Source: an uncultured Solirubrobacterales bacterium (GTDB lineage: Bacteria; Actinomycetota; Thermoleophilia; Solirubrobacterales; 70-9). Taken from it: 64,000 nt of DNA. The translations under genes were made by a program, and so were the position numbers. This document shows positions 36,314 through 47,362 of the stretch, piece after piece. How positions within the stretch are numbered: position 1 is the stretch's first letter; every line of letters begins with the position of its first letter. The DNA lies in the NCBI GenBank assembly GCA_963850625.1, contig CAWKLZ010000010.1, positions 16,598 through 80,597 on the forward strand, read 5' to 3'. The notes beneath the pieces were generated by a model. The model was not told where the DNA came from. It did no database searches and saw only the letters and a list, made by a program, of their open reading frames with translations.

Positions 36314-38125
36314 TCAGCCCCCGTACAGGTCCTCGATCTCGCCGCCGTACTTCTCGTTGATGGGCTTGCGCTTGAGCTTCATCGTCGGGGTCAGCTCGTC
36401 GCCACCGGGCTCCCAGTCGGTCGGCAGGATCGTGAACTTCTTGATCTGCTCGACGCGGCTCATCTTCTCGTTCGCCTCGTCGATCGCTGCCTGTACAGCT
36501 GCCAGCACCTTCTCGTCCGAGGCGAGCGCCTCGAGCGAGCGCTCGTCGATCCCCTGCTTCTCCGCCCACGTCGGGGCGAACTCGGGGTCGAGCGTGAGCA
36601 GCGCGACGTTGTAGGGACGCTGATCGCCGATCGCGATCGCCTGCCCGATCAGCGGACTCGCGGTCTTGATGTGGGCCTCGATCGATGCCGGCGACATGTT
36701 CTTGCCGGCGGCGTTGATGATCAGCTCCTTCTTGCGGTCGACGATCTTCAGGTAGCCGTCGGAGTCGAGCTCACCGATGTCTCCGGTCGCCAGCCAGCCC
36801 TCGTCGTCGATCGTCTCGGCTGTCTTGTCCGGCATGTTCCGGTAGCCGGCCATGATCGACGGGCCGCGGACGAGGACCTCGCCGTCTTCGGCGAGCTTGA
36901 TCTCGATGCCGGGCGTCGGCGGGCCGACCGTGCCGAGCTTGACCTTCTCGGGCGGGTTCATCGTCGCGACGCCGCACGTCTCCGACATGCCCCAGAGCTC
37001 GCCGACCGGGATCCCGATCGCGTGGAAGAACTCGAGCACCTCGACCGGCGTCGGCGCGGCGCCGACGTTGACCGAGACGACCTGATCGAGGCCGAGGCTC
37101 GAGCGCAGCATCGCGAACATGCCCTCGTCGGCGGCCTTTGCCGCGGCGGCGATCTCGGCGGGCACCTCCTCGCCCTTCTGCTCGAGCCGGAGCTTGGTCA
37201 GGGCAGCCTCGAGGCCCTTGCTCGGCGGGCTCGCGCTGCTCGTCGGGCAGGTTCGAGATCATCGTCTCCAGCCCGGCCTTGAGCTTCTCCCAGATCCGCG
37301 GCACGGCGAAGAACCAGGTCGGGCGCACCTGCGGCAGGACCTCGATGATCTTGCGCGGGTCGGGGCAGATCGTCACCGAGATGCCCATCACGACGGGCAG
37401 GTAGTAGTGCGCGCCGCGCTCGGCGATGTGCGCAGCCGGAAGCCACGAGATCACCTTGTTCTCCTGGTCGGCCGGGAAGTCGATCATGTCCTCGACCGAG
37501 GAGACGAGGCTCATCAGGTTGCGGTGGGTGAGTTGTACGCCCTTCGGCGGGCCGGTCGTGCCCGACGTGTAGATCAGCGTCAGCAGGTCGTCGGGCGCGA
37601 CCTGATCGGCGATCGAGTCGTCGAAGTCGGGGTCGACCGCCTCGAGCTCCTCGAGCGTCATCGTGCCGCCGTCGCCGTCGAGCGTGATCACATGCTCGAG
37701 GCTCGGCAAGCTCGGCCTTGGCCTTGTTGAAGACGTCGAGGAACTCCTTCTCGACGACGGCGACGCTGCGCCTTCGCGTCCGAGCAGACGTAGGTGATCT
37801 GCTCGGGCGAGGAGGTCTGGTAGATCGAGAAGGGGACGGCGCCGAGCATCACTGCGCCGAGGTCGATCGGCATGAACTCGGTCCGGTTGTTCAGCATGAT
37901 CGCGACGGTGTCGCCCTTGCCCACGCCGAGGCTCGCGAGGCCGCCGGCGACGGCGCGCGCGCGGCTGTGCAGCTCGTTCCAGGAAGTCGTCTCCTCGCCG
38001 GAGACGATCGCCGTCGCGTCGCCCAGCTTCTCGACCGTGGCCTGGAAGGCCATCGCGAGATTCGGCGCAACGAGTTCGGCGGCGGGCGGACCGCTGGCGT
38101 AGCGCTCCGACGTCGTCACTTCCAT
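36314..38125 (-). CDS. fadD: AMP-dependent long-chain acyl-CoA synthetase/ligase (two apparent frameshifts near 37750 and 37215)
   Basis: ATG at 38125 preceded by GGAGGAGAGG. AMP-binding motif: LIYTSGTTGPPKGV. Downstream motifs: GWLATGDIGELDSDGYLKIVDRKKE. The three pieces lie in three frames. Confidence 0.85.
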
Positions 38126-38201
38126 CAGATCCTCTCCTCCTGGTTTGGCGGTCCGTGCGGACTGGGCCAAACCTACACGACCGTCACCTGACTTTCGACG
38201 G

Positions 38202-39331
38202 TCAGCGGACGTGGAAGCCGCCGTTGGCGATCTTGCCGATGTCGTTGTTGAGGGTGATGAAGAAGAGCATCAGCACGAGGGCGAAGCCGACGAAGCTCGC
38301 CGCCTCCATGGTCCGCAGCGACGGCCGGCGGCCGCGCAGCTTCTCGTAGAGGCTCCAGAAGATGTGGCCGCCGTCGAGCGGCAGGAACGGCAGCAGGTTG
38401 ATCAGCCCGAGCGAGAGGCTGACCACGCCGAGAATGCCGATCGCCTGGCGCGTGTCGAACTGGAAGCTCTGCTGGGTGACGTCGGTGGCGCCGACGATGC
38501 CGTGCAGCTTCTTGCGCTGCTGCGAATCGAAGATCGCCGTCATCCGGTCGGCCGTCTTCGAGATCACGTACCAGGAGCGGTCGAGCGAGAAGCTCGGCGG
38601 CGTCGAGGACGCCCTCGTGGACGCGCTCGGGCGCGTAGGAGAAGCCGACCCGCATCGCGGGCTTGACGCCGGCCTTGCGCGCGGCCTTGGTCGGCACGTT
38701 GTAGACCGGCGTGATCGTGACGAGCTGCTGCTGCCCGTCCCGCTCGATCAGCAGCGCGTGCGGGCCTCGTCGCCTCGCAGCCGTTCTCGGGCTTGCCCTC
38801 GCATTGGTGCTCGTTGATCAGGCGGCCGACGCGGTTGGCGAGCCGCGTGCCGCCCAGCGTGCTGACGTCGTGCGCCGTCGACGCCGAGGATCGTGTCGCC
38901 GCTCTGCAGGACGCCGGCGGCCGGCAGCGAGGAGCTCGACCTCGCCGACCTGGTTGGTGACCTTGCCGTCGAGTCCGAAGCCGGTGGCGAGGGCGAAGAA
39001 GATGACCAGGGCGAGGACGATGTTGACCGCAGGGCCCGGCGCCGATCACGAAGATCCGCTTCCAGACGGGCTGCTTGTAGTAGGCCCGGTCGGCGACCTC
39101 CGGGTCGACCTCCTCCTCCGGGTTCATGCCGGTGATCTTCACGTAGCCGCCGAGCGGGATCGCGCCGATCCCGTACTCGGTCTCGCCGCGCTTGACGCTG
39201 AACACCTTCGGCGGGAAGAACAGGAAGAAGCGCTCGACCCGCATGCCGACCATCTTCGCGGCGGTGAAGTGCCCGGCCTCGTGGAGGACGACGAGGACGG
39301 CGAAGCCGAGGATCGCGAGCACCCAGCTCAT
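38202..39331 (-). CDS. rseP: RIP site-2 metalloprotease, M50 family (RseP/Rip1-like; at least four apparent frameshifts)
   Basis: N-terminus: MSWVLAILGFAVLVVLHEAGHFTAAK (HExxH). PDZ-like middle: AAGVLQSGDTILGVDG. C-terminus: LSLGLINLLPFLPLDGGHIF. The segments are scattered over all three minus frames. Confidence 0.8.
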
Positions 39332-40504
39332 CGGCCGACCCCGTTCGGCGAAGTCGCGGCCGACGCCGAGCCGGGCGGCGATCCGCGGCGGCGGCGCCGC
39401 GGGCCGCCTCGATCGCAGTCGAAGAGGTCCTCGAAGTGCGCGGGCTCGTGCGCCTCGATCTCGCTCAGCGTCGCCTCGACGACCTCGGCGATCCCGCTGA
39501 ACGGCAGCGTCGCCGGCGAGGAAGGCGGCGACCGCCTCCTCGTTGGCGGCGTTGAGGATGCAGGGCGCGGTGCCGCCCCTCTCCCCCGCCTCGCGGGCCA
39601 GCGCCAGGCAGCGGAACGTCTCGGTGTCGGGGCGCTCGAAGGTGAGCTCGCCGACCGCGGCAAGATCGAGGCGCTCGAGCGCCACGTCGGCCCGCTCCGG
39701 GTAGTGCAGCGCGTAGGAGATCGGCACGCGCATGTCCGGATGGCCCATGTGGGCGAGCGTCGCCCCGTCGATCAGGTGGACGAGCGAGTGGATCAGCGAC
39801 TGCGGGTGGACGACGACGTCGATGCGCTCGTACGGCATCGCGAACAGGTGGTGGGCCTCGATCAGCTCGAGCCCCTTGTTCATCAGCGTCGCCGAGTCGA
39901 TCGTGATCTTGCCGCCCATCTCCCAGGTCGGATGGGCGAGGGCCTGCTCGCGGGTGATGCCCTCCAGGTCGGTGCGCCCGCGGAACGGTCCCCCGGAGGC
40001 CGTCAGCTCGAGCCGTTCGACGGTCCCGGGCGGCTCGGCGGCGATCAGCTGGTGCAGGGCCGAGTGCTCGGAGTCGACAGGGATGATCCGGCTGTCGGTG
40101 GCCTCGGCCAGGGCGGTGACGAGCTCGCCGCCGACGACGAGGCTCTCCTTGTTGGCGAGCGCCAGGTCGATGCCGGCGGTCAGCGTCGCGATCGTCGGGC
40201 CGAGTCCAGCCGAGCCGACGATCGCGTTGAGCACGAGGTCAGGCTCGCAGCGCTCGATCAACTCGCGGATACCCGCCTCGCCTTCGAGCACCTCGCCCTT
40301 CCAGCCGGCGGCGGCCCCTGCGGCAGCGTCCGGCCGGGCGAGCGCAATCGTCGGCACGCCGTGCTCGCGCGCCTGCGCAACGACGCCGTCGGCATCGGAG
40401 TTGGCGCTGAGGCCGACGGCGCGCAACTCGCCGGAGGCGCCGATCACCTCCAGAGCCTGCACGCCGATCGAGCCCGTCGAGCCGAGGATCAGGACCTTCT
40501 TCAT
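39328..40504 (-). CDS. dxr: 1-deoxy-D-xylulose 5-phosphate reductoisomerase (apparent frameshift near 39520)
   Basis: MKKVLILGSTGSIGVQALEV...PVDSEHSALHQ...NKGLELIEAHHLF. The C-terminal part (TLPFSGIAEVVEATLSEIE) is in another frame that ends in an ATGA overlap with the rseP start (39328-39331). Confidence 0.9.
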
Positions 40505-40713
40505 GGCCCGTGAAGTGTAGGTAGGACCCTTTCGCGGGCCTAAGCAGCCACGCTTAGCGCGGCGTGCGGCCCGGAACTGCAGACTCGCCACAATCGGCGT
40601 CGTGGAAACGGTGACAGCCGGAACGCGCATTTGCCGAGGCGCGGCTGCGCCGCCAAGGACACGATCGCCTTCGCACGCTGCTCGCCGCCCGACCCTCGAC
40701 TTCCGCGGTCTGA

Positions 40714-40926
40714 CGCCGAGGCGCAGCTGGGAGGCTGCCGGACCTCGAGCAGCTGATCTCCGACGTCCTCTCGACTGGCTCGAAGAGGATGACGAGATCC
40801 GAGAAGCTGGAGCGAGTCGAGACCGATACGGTCGCCGACCGCGAGCGTGCGGCTACCGGCTCTGAGGTGCGCAACCCAGAGGGCCGCTTCCTCGTCGAGC
40901 AGCAGGCCTACCTGAGCACCGACTGA
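40714..40926 (+). CDS. candidate small plus-strand ORF in the cdsA-dxr gap (possible gene remnant)
   Basis: The frame reads ...DLEQLISDVLSTGSKRMTRSEKLERVETDTVADRERAATGSEVRNPEGRFLVEQQAYLSTD-TGA. It has strongly G/C-biased third positions. The only ATG is at 40789. No family recognised. Confidence 0.25.
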   Translation, partial: RRGAAGRLPDLEQLISDVLSTGSKRMTRSEKLERVETDTVADRERAATGSEVRNPEGRFLVEQQAYLSTD

Positions 40927-41019
40927 GCGACGGCAGGATCGCGTGGATGCGGGTCGTCTGCTCCGGCTTCCGGCCGTCGACGCCGAGTCCTGAGCACGCA
41001 GTCGACCATCGGCAGTCGC

Positions 41020-41801
41020 TCAGTAGACGATCGCCAGCGCCAGGTAGTAGCCGGCGACGACGGTGAACAGGACCGCGTCGAGGCGGTCGAGCAGGCCGCC
41101 GTGCGGGCCGAAGACGACGCCGGAGTCCTTGACGTCGAGGTCGCGCTTGATCGCCGACTCGAAGAGGTCGCCGAGCGGCGCGAGGGCCGCGATGCAGGCG
41201 CCCATCAGCAGCGCGTCGAAGCCCGAGAGCCAGTCCTGGTAGAGGCCGGCGAGCCAGAAGCCGGCGGTTCCGCCGACAACCCCGATCACGAGGCCCTCGA
41301 TCGTCTTGTTCGGGGAGATCATCGGGGCCAGCTGCCGTGAGCCGAACATGCGGCCGCCGATGTAGGCGAAGGTGTCGGTGAAGAAGGTCGCGACGAGGAC
41401 GTCGACGAGCAGCGCGGCGCCGTGTGTCGGCAGATCGCGGAGCAGCACCGCGTGCGCGAACGGGACCGCGATCCAGATCACGGCGAAGACGGTGACGGCC
41501 ATCGAAAAGGTGATGTTGCGCAGCGTCGGCCGGCGCGCGCCGACGATCAGCATCAGCGGGAAGAAGGCCACGCCGGCGAGCACCATGTGGAAGCTGTTGC
41601 CGAAGTGGGCGGCGAGGATCATGCCCGCCGCCGCCGCGTAGCCGATCCATCTCGAACGGCCGAGCTCGGGCGGTCATCCGGAAGAACTCGTTCATGCCGA
41701 TGCAGGCGAAGAGGACCATCGGCGACGGCGAAGATGTCGCCGCCGGCAACGATCACCGTGACGGCGAGCGCGATTGCCGGGATCGCCCAGAGCACCCGCA
41801 T
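41020..41801 (-). CDS. cdsA: phosphatidate cytidylyltransferase (at least two apparent frameshifts near 41715 and 41630)
   Basis: C-terminal signature: SPNKTIEGLVIGVVGG...GDLFESAIKRDLDVKDSG..PGHGGLLDRLD. N-terminal TM segments (MRVLWAIPAIALAV.., LFACIGMNEFF..) are in other frames. An Arg-rich extension up to ATG 42001 is possible. Confidence 0.8.
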
Positions 41802-42045
41802 GAGCGTCTCCGAGCGGCGCTTGCGGGGCGGCGGCTCCGCGCGGCGGCGGCTGGCGCTCGGGCGCCTCCTGCTCCGCGTCCCCCGGGGGCGGCCGCCGCT
41901 GCGAGGGCTCGCGCCCGCTCGGGCTCGCCGAGTCGGCGACGCCGGCGGCGAGGCGGTGGCCCGTCGGCCGGTGTCGGGCTGGGTCGTTCCGGGAAGTCCA
42001 TGGCGGCGTTGCTCAGTCGTACGGCTCGGCGGGCGCCTGAGCCAT

Positions 42046-42727
42046 CTAACCGCGCGCCCCGAAGCGCCGCTTGCGGGAGGCGAACTCCTGCACAGCCGCT
42101 TGTAGGTGCTCGAGGCCGAAGTCGGGCCAGAGCACGTCGGTGAAGACGAGCTCCGAATAGGCGCTCTGCCAGAGCAGGAAGTTGGAGAGGCGCTCCTCCC
42201 CGCTCGTGCGGATGACGAGATCGGGATCGTTCATCTCCGGGCGCGTAGAGCAGCGCAGCGAACGCCTCCTCGCCGCCCCCTGCGTATCGCTCCGCCGCGT
42301 CGAGGATCTCGGCCCGGCCGCCGTAGTTGAAGGCAACGAAGAGGGTGAGGCGGCGGTTGGCCGCCGTCTGCTTCTCGGCAGCCGTCATGCGTTCGCGGAG
42401 ATCGCCTGAGACCTCCTCGCGGCGGCCGATGAAGCGCATCCGCACGCCCTGTTCGTCGAGCTCGGGGGTCTCCGATTCGATCAGCTCGGCGAACATCGCC
42501 ATCAGCCCCTCGACCTCGGCCCGCGGCCGGGTCCAGTTCTCGGTCGAGAACGCGTATACGGTCAGCTCCTCGAGGCCGAGGCGCACCGCATCCTTGACGG
42601 TCTGCTTCAGCGTCCGGGCCCCCTCCCGGTGTCCCTCGAGGATCGGCAGACCCCGCTCGGTCGCCCAGCGGGCATTGCCGTCCATGATGATTGCCACCGT
42701 CGTGGCGGCGGGCGGCTCGGTGCTCAA
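42046..42727 (-). CDS. uppS: isoprenyl transferase / undecaprenyl diphosphate synthase (one apparent 1-nt insertion near 42239)
   Basis: [12 protein letters not shown]...[12 protein letters not shown] then [29 protein letters not shown] in the adjacent frame. The TTG start overlaps the frr stop. Confidence 0.9.
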
Positions 42728-43290
42728 ACCGTGAGGATCTCTTCTTCCTTGCCCTTCATCAGGGCGTCGATCTCGGCGATCGCTGAGTCGGTCACCTTCT
42801 GCAGGGCCTCCTCCGCGCGGTGCTCGTCGTCCTGGCCGACGTCGCCGTCGTCCTTGAGCGAGCGCAGGTCGCTCATCACGTCACGCCGCACGTTGCGAAC
42901 CGCGACGCGGCCCTCCTCGGCGACGTTGTGGAGCATTCGCACCATCTCCTTGCGGCGCTCCTCGGTCAGCTCCGGGATCTTGAGCCGGATCACGTTGCCG
43001 TCGTTGTTCGGCGTCAGGCCGATCTCGCCCTCGATGATCGACTTCTCGATCGCCGGGATCGCCGACTTGTCGTACGGCGTCAGCGTCAGCAGCCGGGCGT
43101 CGGTGACGGCGATGTTTGCGAGCTGGTTGAGCGGCGTCTCGGTGCCGTAGTAGTCGACGACGATCCGGTCGAGCAGGTGGGTGGAGGCGCGGCCCGTGCG
43201 GACGGTCGCCATCTCGCCCTTGATCGACTCGACCGACTTGCCCATCCGCTCGCGGGCGTCCGCGAGGAACTCATCGATGATCTCCGCCAA
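42724..43290 (-). CDS. frr: ribosome recycling factor
   Basis: Full-length 188-aa match in character to Frr (...VRTGRASTHLLD...LTEERRKEMV...). Confidence 0.95.
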   Translation of the reverse strand: MAEIIDEFLADARERMGKSVESIKGEMATVRTGRASTHLLDRIVVDYYGTETPLNQLANIAVTDARLLTLTPYDKSAIPAIEKSIIEGEIGLTPNNDGNVIRLKIPELTEERRKEMVRMLHNVAEEGRVAVRNVRRDVMSDLRSLKDDGDVGQDDEHRAEEALQKVTDSAIAEIDALMKGKEEEILTV

Positions 43291-43294
43291 GCTC

Positions 43295-44028
43295 CTAGCT
43301 CCTCTCCGCCGACGCCACCAGGGTTCCGACCCTCTCTCCGCGGACGATCCTATCTATGTTGGCTTCGTCCGCCATGTTGAAGACGTAGATCGGCAGATCG
43401 TTGTCCATGCACAGCGACAGCGCCGTCGAGTCCATGACCCGTAGCCCCTTCTCGATCGCTTCCATGTGGGTGATCCGCGGCAGGAAGTTGGCGTCCGGGA
43501 CCTTGGCCGGGTCGGCGTCGTAGACGCCCTCGACGCCGTGCTTCGCCATCAGGATCGCCTCCGCGTGGATCTCGAGCGCGCGTAGAGCGGCGGCGGTGTC
43601 GGTGGTGAAGAACGGGTTGCCGGTGCCGGCCGCGAAGATCACGACCCGGCCCTTCTCGAGGTGGCGGATCGCACGCCGGCGGATGTAGGGCTCGGCGACC
43701 TCGGTTACCTCCATCGCCGAGAGCACGCGCGTGTTCGCGCCCGCCTTCTCGAGGGCGTCCTGCAGGGTCAGCGCGTTGAGCACGGTCGCCAGCATCCCCA
43801 TGTAGTCCGCGGTGGCGCGGTCCATGCCGGCGGCGGCGCCCTGCAGGCCGCGGAAGATGTTGCCGGCGCCGACGACGATCGCGATCTCGGTCCCCGGTCT
43901 GCGCGGACCGAAGCGACCTGGGCGGCGATCCGCGTGACCCGCTCGGGATCGGTGCCGTACTCGCGCGAGCCCATCAGGGCCTCGCCCGAGAGCTTGAGCA
44001 TGATCCTGTCGAAGGCGCGCTCGCTCAT
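43295..44028 (-). CDS. pyrH: UMP kinase (one apparent frameshift near 43900)
   Basis: N-terminus ([13 protein letters not shown]) is in one frame. [14 protein letters not shown]-like continuation and [19 protein letters not shown]...[20 protein letters not shown] are in the next. Confidence 0.9.
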
Positions 44029-44060
44029 CGGCTTCCGTTCGTCGCTGCCGCGGCTATCGC

Positions 44061-44669
44061 CTACTCCTCGCCGACGGCGAAGCGGGCGAAGCGGGCGATC
44101 ACGATGTTCTCGCCCGTGCCCGCAGCGGCGGCGGCGCGGAGCTCCTCGATCGTCTTACCGTCGTGCTTGTCGCCGTTGACGTGCACCTGGTCGAGCAGCG
44201 CGATCTCCTTGCGCCACTTGGCGAGCTGGCCCTCGACGATCTTCTCGCGCACGTTCTCGGGCTTGCCGTCCTCGGCCGCCTTCTGCTCGAAGACGGTTCG
44301 CTCGGCGGCGACGGCGTCCTCGGGAATCTCGTCGGCCGATACGTACTGCGGGTTCGCCGCTGCGATGTGCAAGGCGATCTCGCGGGCGAACTCGAGGAAG
44401 TCGTCGTTGCGCGCGACGAAGTCCGTCTCGCACTGGATCTCGACGAGCACGCCGATCTTGCCGTTCGCGTGGATGTAGGAGGCGACCGTTCCCTCTCCGG
44501 TCGAGCGGCCGGCGCGCTTGGCGGCTGAGGCCTGGCCCTTGACCCGGAGGATCTCGATCGCCTTGTCGATATCGCCCTCGGCCTCGGCGAGGGCGCCCTT
44601 GCAGTCCATCATCGCCGCGCCGGTGCGCTCGCGGAGCGCCTTGACGTCGGCTGCCTTGATCTCTGCCAT
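44061..44669 (-). CDS. tsf: translation elongation factor Ts (short form)
   Basis: MAEIKAADVKALRERTGAAMMDCKGALAEAEGDIDKAIEILR is the UBA-like N-terminal domain. The start overlaps the rpsB stop (TGATG). Confidence 0.9.
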   Translation of the reverse strand: MAEIKAADVKALRERTGAAMMDCKGALAEAEGDIDKAIEILRVKGQASAAKRAGRSTGEGTVASYIHANGKIGVLVEIQCETDFVARNDDFLEFAREIALHIAAANPQYVSADEIPEDAVAAERTVFEQKAAEDGKPENVREKIVEGQLAKWRKEIALLDQVHVNGDKHDGKTIEELRAAAAAGTGENIVIARFARFAVGEE

Positions 44670-45709
44670 CAGCTCTTCTGCTCCTCTCCGGCGGGCTCGC
44701 TCGCCGCGGGCTGCTCAGGGGCCTGCGGCGCGGGGGTCTGCTGGGCGACCGGTGCCGGCTTGCCCTTGGCGGGCCCGCCCTGCTTCTGCGGCCGCTGCTG
44801 CTGGGCGACCGGTGCCGGCTTGCCCTTGGCGGGCGCCGGCTGGCCTCCTCCCTGCTGCGGGGCGGCCGCGGGCTGCTCAGCCTGAGCCGCTTCGGCTGCG
44901 GCCTTGGCCTTGGCCTCCTCGGCGGCCTTGCGGGCAGCCTCCTCCTCGCGACGCTTGCGCTCCTCTTCCTCGCGACGCTTGCGTTCCTCCTCCTCGCGCT
45001 TGCGGCGGGCCTCTTCGGCCGCCTGCCAGGCGCTCGCGGACTCGAGGATCGACTCACCCAGCGTGCGCACGATCAGCTCGCAGGAGCGGATCGCGTCGTC
45101 GTTGCCGGGGATCACGTAGTCGACCGGGCGCGGATCGCAGTTGGAGTCGACGAGCCCGATGATCGGAATGCCGAGGCGCTTCGCCTCGGCGACGGCGATC
45201 TCCTCGTTGTTGAGGTCGATAATCACCACGGCGTCGGGCGGACGCTGCATGTCGCGGACGCCACCGAGGTTGAACTCGAGCTTGGCGAGCTCGGCCTCGC
45301 GCGCCATGCGCTCCTTCGTCGGCAGCAGGGCGAGCTGACCGTCCTCCTCGAGGCCCTTGAGCTCGTGCAGGCGGTTGATCCGCTTGTTGATCGTGTTGAA
45401 GTTCGTCAGCAGGCCGCCGAGCCAGCGGCGGCTCACGAACGGCATGCCGCTGTTCGTCGCCCACTCCTCGACGGCGTCACGCGCCTGCTTCTTCGTGCCG
45501 ACGAACAGGACCTTGCCGCCGCGCCCGGCGATTTCGGACGCAAACGCCTGCGCGTCAGCGAGCAGCTTCTCGGTCTGCAGGAGGTCGATCACATGGATCC
45601 CGTCCCGCTCGCCATGGATGTAGCGGCGCATGCTGGGGTCCCAGCGCCGCGTCTGGTGCCCGAAGTGGACTCCCGCTTCGAGCAGCTCCTTGATGCCTAC
45701 TTCAGCCAT
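44669..45709 (-). CDS. rpsB: 30S ribosomal protein S2 with long low-complexity C-terminal extension
   Basis: ATG at 45709. MAEVGIKELLEAGVHFGHQTRRWDP... is canonical S2. The tail contains EEERKRREE and GKPAPVAQQ repeats. Confidence 0.95.
   Translation of the reverse strand: MAEVGIKELLEAGVHFGHQTRRWDPSMRRYIHGERDGIHVIDLLQTEKLLADAQAFASEIAGRGGKVLFVGTKKQARDAVEEWATNSGMPFVSRRWLGGLLTNFNTINKRINRLHELKGLEEDGQLALLPTKERMAREAELAKLEFNLGGVRDMQRPPDAVVIIDLNNEEIAVAEAKRLGIPIIGLVDSNCDPRPVDYVIPGNDDAIRSCELIVRTLGESILESASAWQAAEEARRKREEEERKRREEEERKRREEEAARKAAEEAKAKAAAEAAQAEQPAAAPQQGGGQPAPAKGKPAPVAQQQRPQKQGGPAKGKPAPVAQQTPAPQAPEQPAASEPAGEEQKS
44739..44835 (-). repeat. in-frame tandem repeat in the rpsB tail (37-nt perfect copy, 60-nt period)
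   Basis: CTGCTGGGCGACCGGTGCCGGCTTGCCCTTGGCGGGC occurs at 44739-44775 and again at 44799-44835. Confidence 0.85.
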
Positions 45710-45856
45710 TGGTTCCCTTGCTTGGTTGTCGTTTGAGCCGGCCTGGGTGCGGTCGCGGGCACCCGGACGCTTGGACCTCATGCGCATCGGCGGCAGAGGC
45801 AGCGCCGGGTCAGGGACCCGCTCCGTCCACGTGGTCCGGAGATTCGCGCGCAGAGT

Positions 45857-46564
45857 TTAGGGATTCCCGCGCTCGCTGCCGGACCGCGCTCGCTCGAGCG
45901 CCGCAGCGAGATCGGGTGGCAGCGGCGAGCTCAGCTCGAGCCGCTCGCCGTCCCGAGGATGGTCGAAGCCGAGTTCGGCCGAGTGCAGGAACTGGCGCGT
46001 GAGCCGATGCATGCCGGCGCGCCCGTAGACGGGATCGCCGCAGATCGGATGCCCGATGGCCGTCATGTGGGCCCGGATCTGATGCGTACGGCCGGTTTCG
46101 AGCCGCACTCGGAGCAGCGCGTCGCGGCCGACGCGCTCGGAGACCTCGAAATGGGTGACGGCGGGCCGCGGGCGCCGGCCGCCGACGACGACGCGCTCGG
46201 GGGCGCGATGGTCGCGGCCAAGCGGCGCATCGATCGTCCCCGTCCGCGAGGAAGGACAGCCCTCGACCAGAGCCAGGTAGCGGCGGCTGAGCTCGCGCTC
46301 GGCGACCATCCGCGAGAGCGCCGCGTGGGCCTCCGGATTGCGGGCGACGACGAGCAGGCCCGAGGTGTCGCGGTCGAGGCGGTGCACGATGCCCGGCCGA
46401 GCCGGATCCTCACCGCCGCCGAGCAGGCCGCCGAGCTGGTCGACGAGCGTCTCGCCGTGGTGGCCGGGCGCCTCGTGGACGATCAGACCGGCGGGCTTGT
46501 CGACGATGGCGAGCCACTCGTCCTCGTGGACGATGCGGGCCTGCGGGGCTCCCTCGGTGCTCAC
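45857..46564 (-). CDS. RluA/RluD-family pseudouridine synthase
   Basis: Catalytic motif IVHRLDRDTSGLLVVAR and downstream HQIRAH. No obvious N-terminal S4 domain. Confidence 0.85.
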   Translation of the reverse strand: MSTEGAPQARIVHEDEWLAIVDKPAGLIVHEAPGHHGETLVDQLGGLLGGGEDPARPGIVHRLDRDTSGLLVVARNPEAHAALSRMVAERELSRRYLALVEGCPSSRTGTIDAPLGRDHRAPERVVVGGRRPRPAVTHFEVSERVGRDALLRVRLETGRTHQIRAHMTAIGHPICGDPVYGRAGMHRLTRQFLHSAELGFDHPRDGERLELSSPLPPDLAAALERARSGSERGNP

Positions 46565-47025
46565 GGCTCGGGCTCCGCGACGAGCATCCAGGCGAGCATC
46601 AGCACCCCTACGGTGATCTCGATGTCGGCGACGTTGAAGGCCGGCCAGTGCGGCAGCTGGATGAAGTCGGTGACGCTGCCGTGAGCGATCCGGTCGATCA
46701 GGTTGCCGACCGCGCCGCCGGCGAGTAGGCCGATCGGCAACCAGAGGCGCGGGCGACCATCGATCTCGCGGATCAGGACGAGCGAGAGGACGGCCGTGAA
46801 GGCGATCGCGACCAGCACCAGGACGCCGGAGGAGAGGCTGTCGAAGAGGCCGAAGGCAACTCCGTCGTTGGCGACGCGGACGAGGTCGAGCCCGGGGAGC
46901 ACCGAGACCGTCTCCCCGGGGTCGATCGACCCGCGGACGAGCGCCTTGGTCAACTGGTCGGCGCCGACCGCGACCAGCATCGTCACCCCGGCGCGCACGA
47001 GAGCGGCGCTGCGCCCGGCGCTCAT
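46561..47025 (-). CDS. lspA: lipoprotein signal peptidase II
   Basis: NDGVAFGL and FNVADIEITVG motifs; four TM segments. Confidence 0.85.
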   Translation of the reverse strand: MSAGRSAALVRAGVTMLVAVGADQLTKALVRGSIDPGETVSVLPGLDLVRVANDGVAFGLFDSLSSGVLVLVAIAFTAVLSLVLIREIDGRPRLWLPIGLLAGGAVGNLIDRIAHGSVTDFIQLPHWPAFNVADIEITVGVLMLAWMLVAEPEP

Positions 47026-47032
47026 CCGGCGC

Positions 47033-47362
47033 TCACCCGCGGATCAGCCCGACCACGATCCCCTGCAGGAGGATCACGGTGAGGATGGCGAGGATCGGGC
47101 TCAGGTCGAGCGCCATGCGACTGCCGCCGAGCGGCGGCAAGAGCCGGCGAAAGAGGTTGAGGAAGGGATCGACCGAGCTCTCGATGAAGTCGGTGACGAT
47201 CCGCAGGGGCGTGATGTAGGGCAGGGAGCCCCTGAACATGACCACCCAGCCGATCACGATCCGGGCGAAGATCAGGATCAGGTACACGGTGAAGACGGCG
47301 GCGACGTAATCGGCGATGTCGTTGCGGCTGATCGACGCCGCCAGCAGGCTGGAGGGGCTCAC
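47033..47362 (-). CDS. yggT: YggT family membrane protein
   Basis: Small two-TM protein with an ...ILIFARIVIGWV... signature. It occupies the conserved position after sepF/proC. Confidence 0.8.
   Translation of the reverse strand: MSPSSLLAASISRNDIADYVAAVFTVYLILIFARIVIGWVVMFRGSLPYITPLRIVTDFIESSVDPFLNLFRRLLPPLGGSRMALDLSPILAILTVILLQGIVVGLIRG

Noticed and set aside
38564-40630. 688-aa track ORF read as a genuine Dxr-RseP fusion protein
   Set aside because: The join passes through Arg/Pro-rich out-of-frame sequence. The Dxr C-terminus continues in another frame that ends in an ATGA overlap with the RseP start at 39328-39331.
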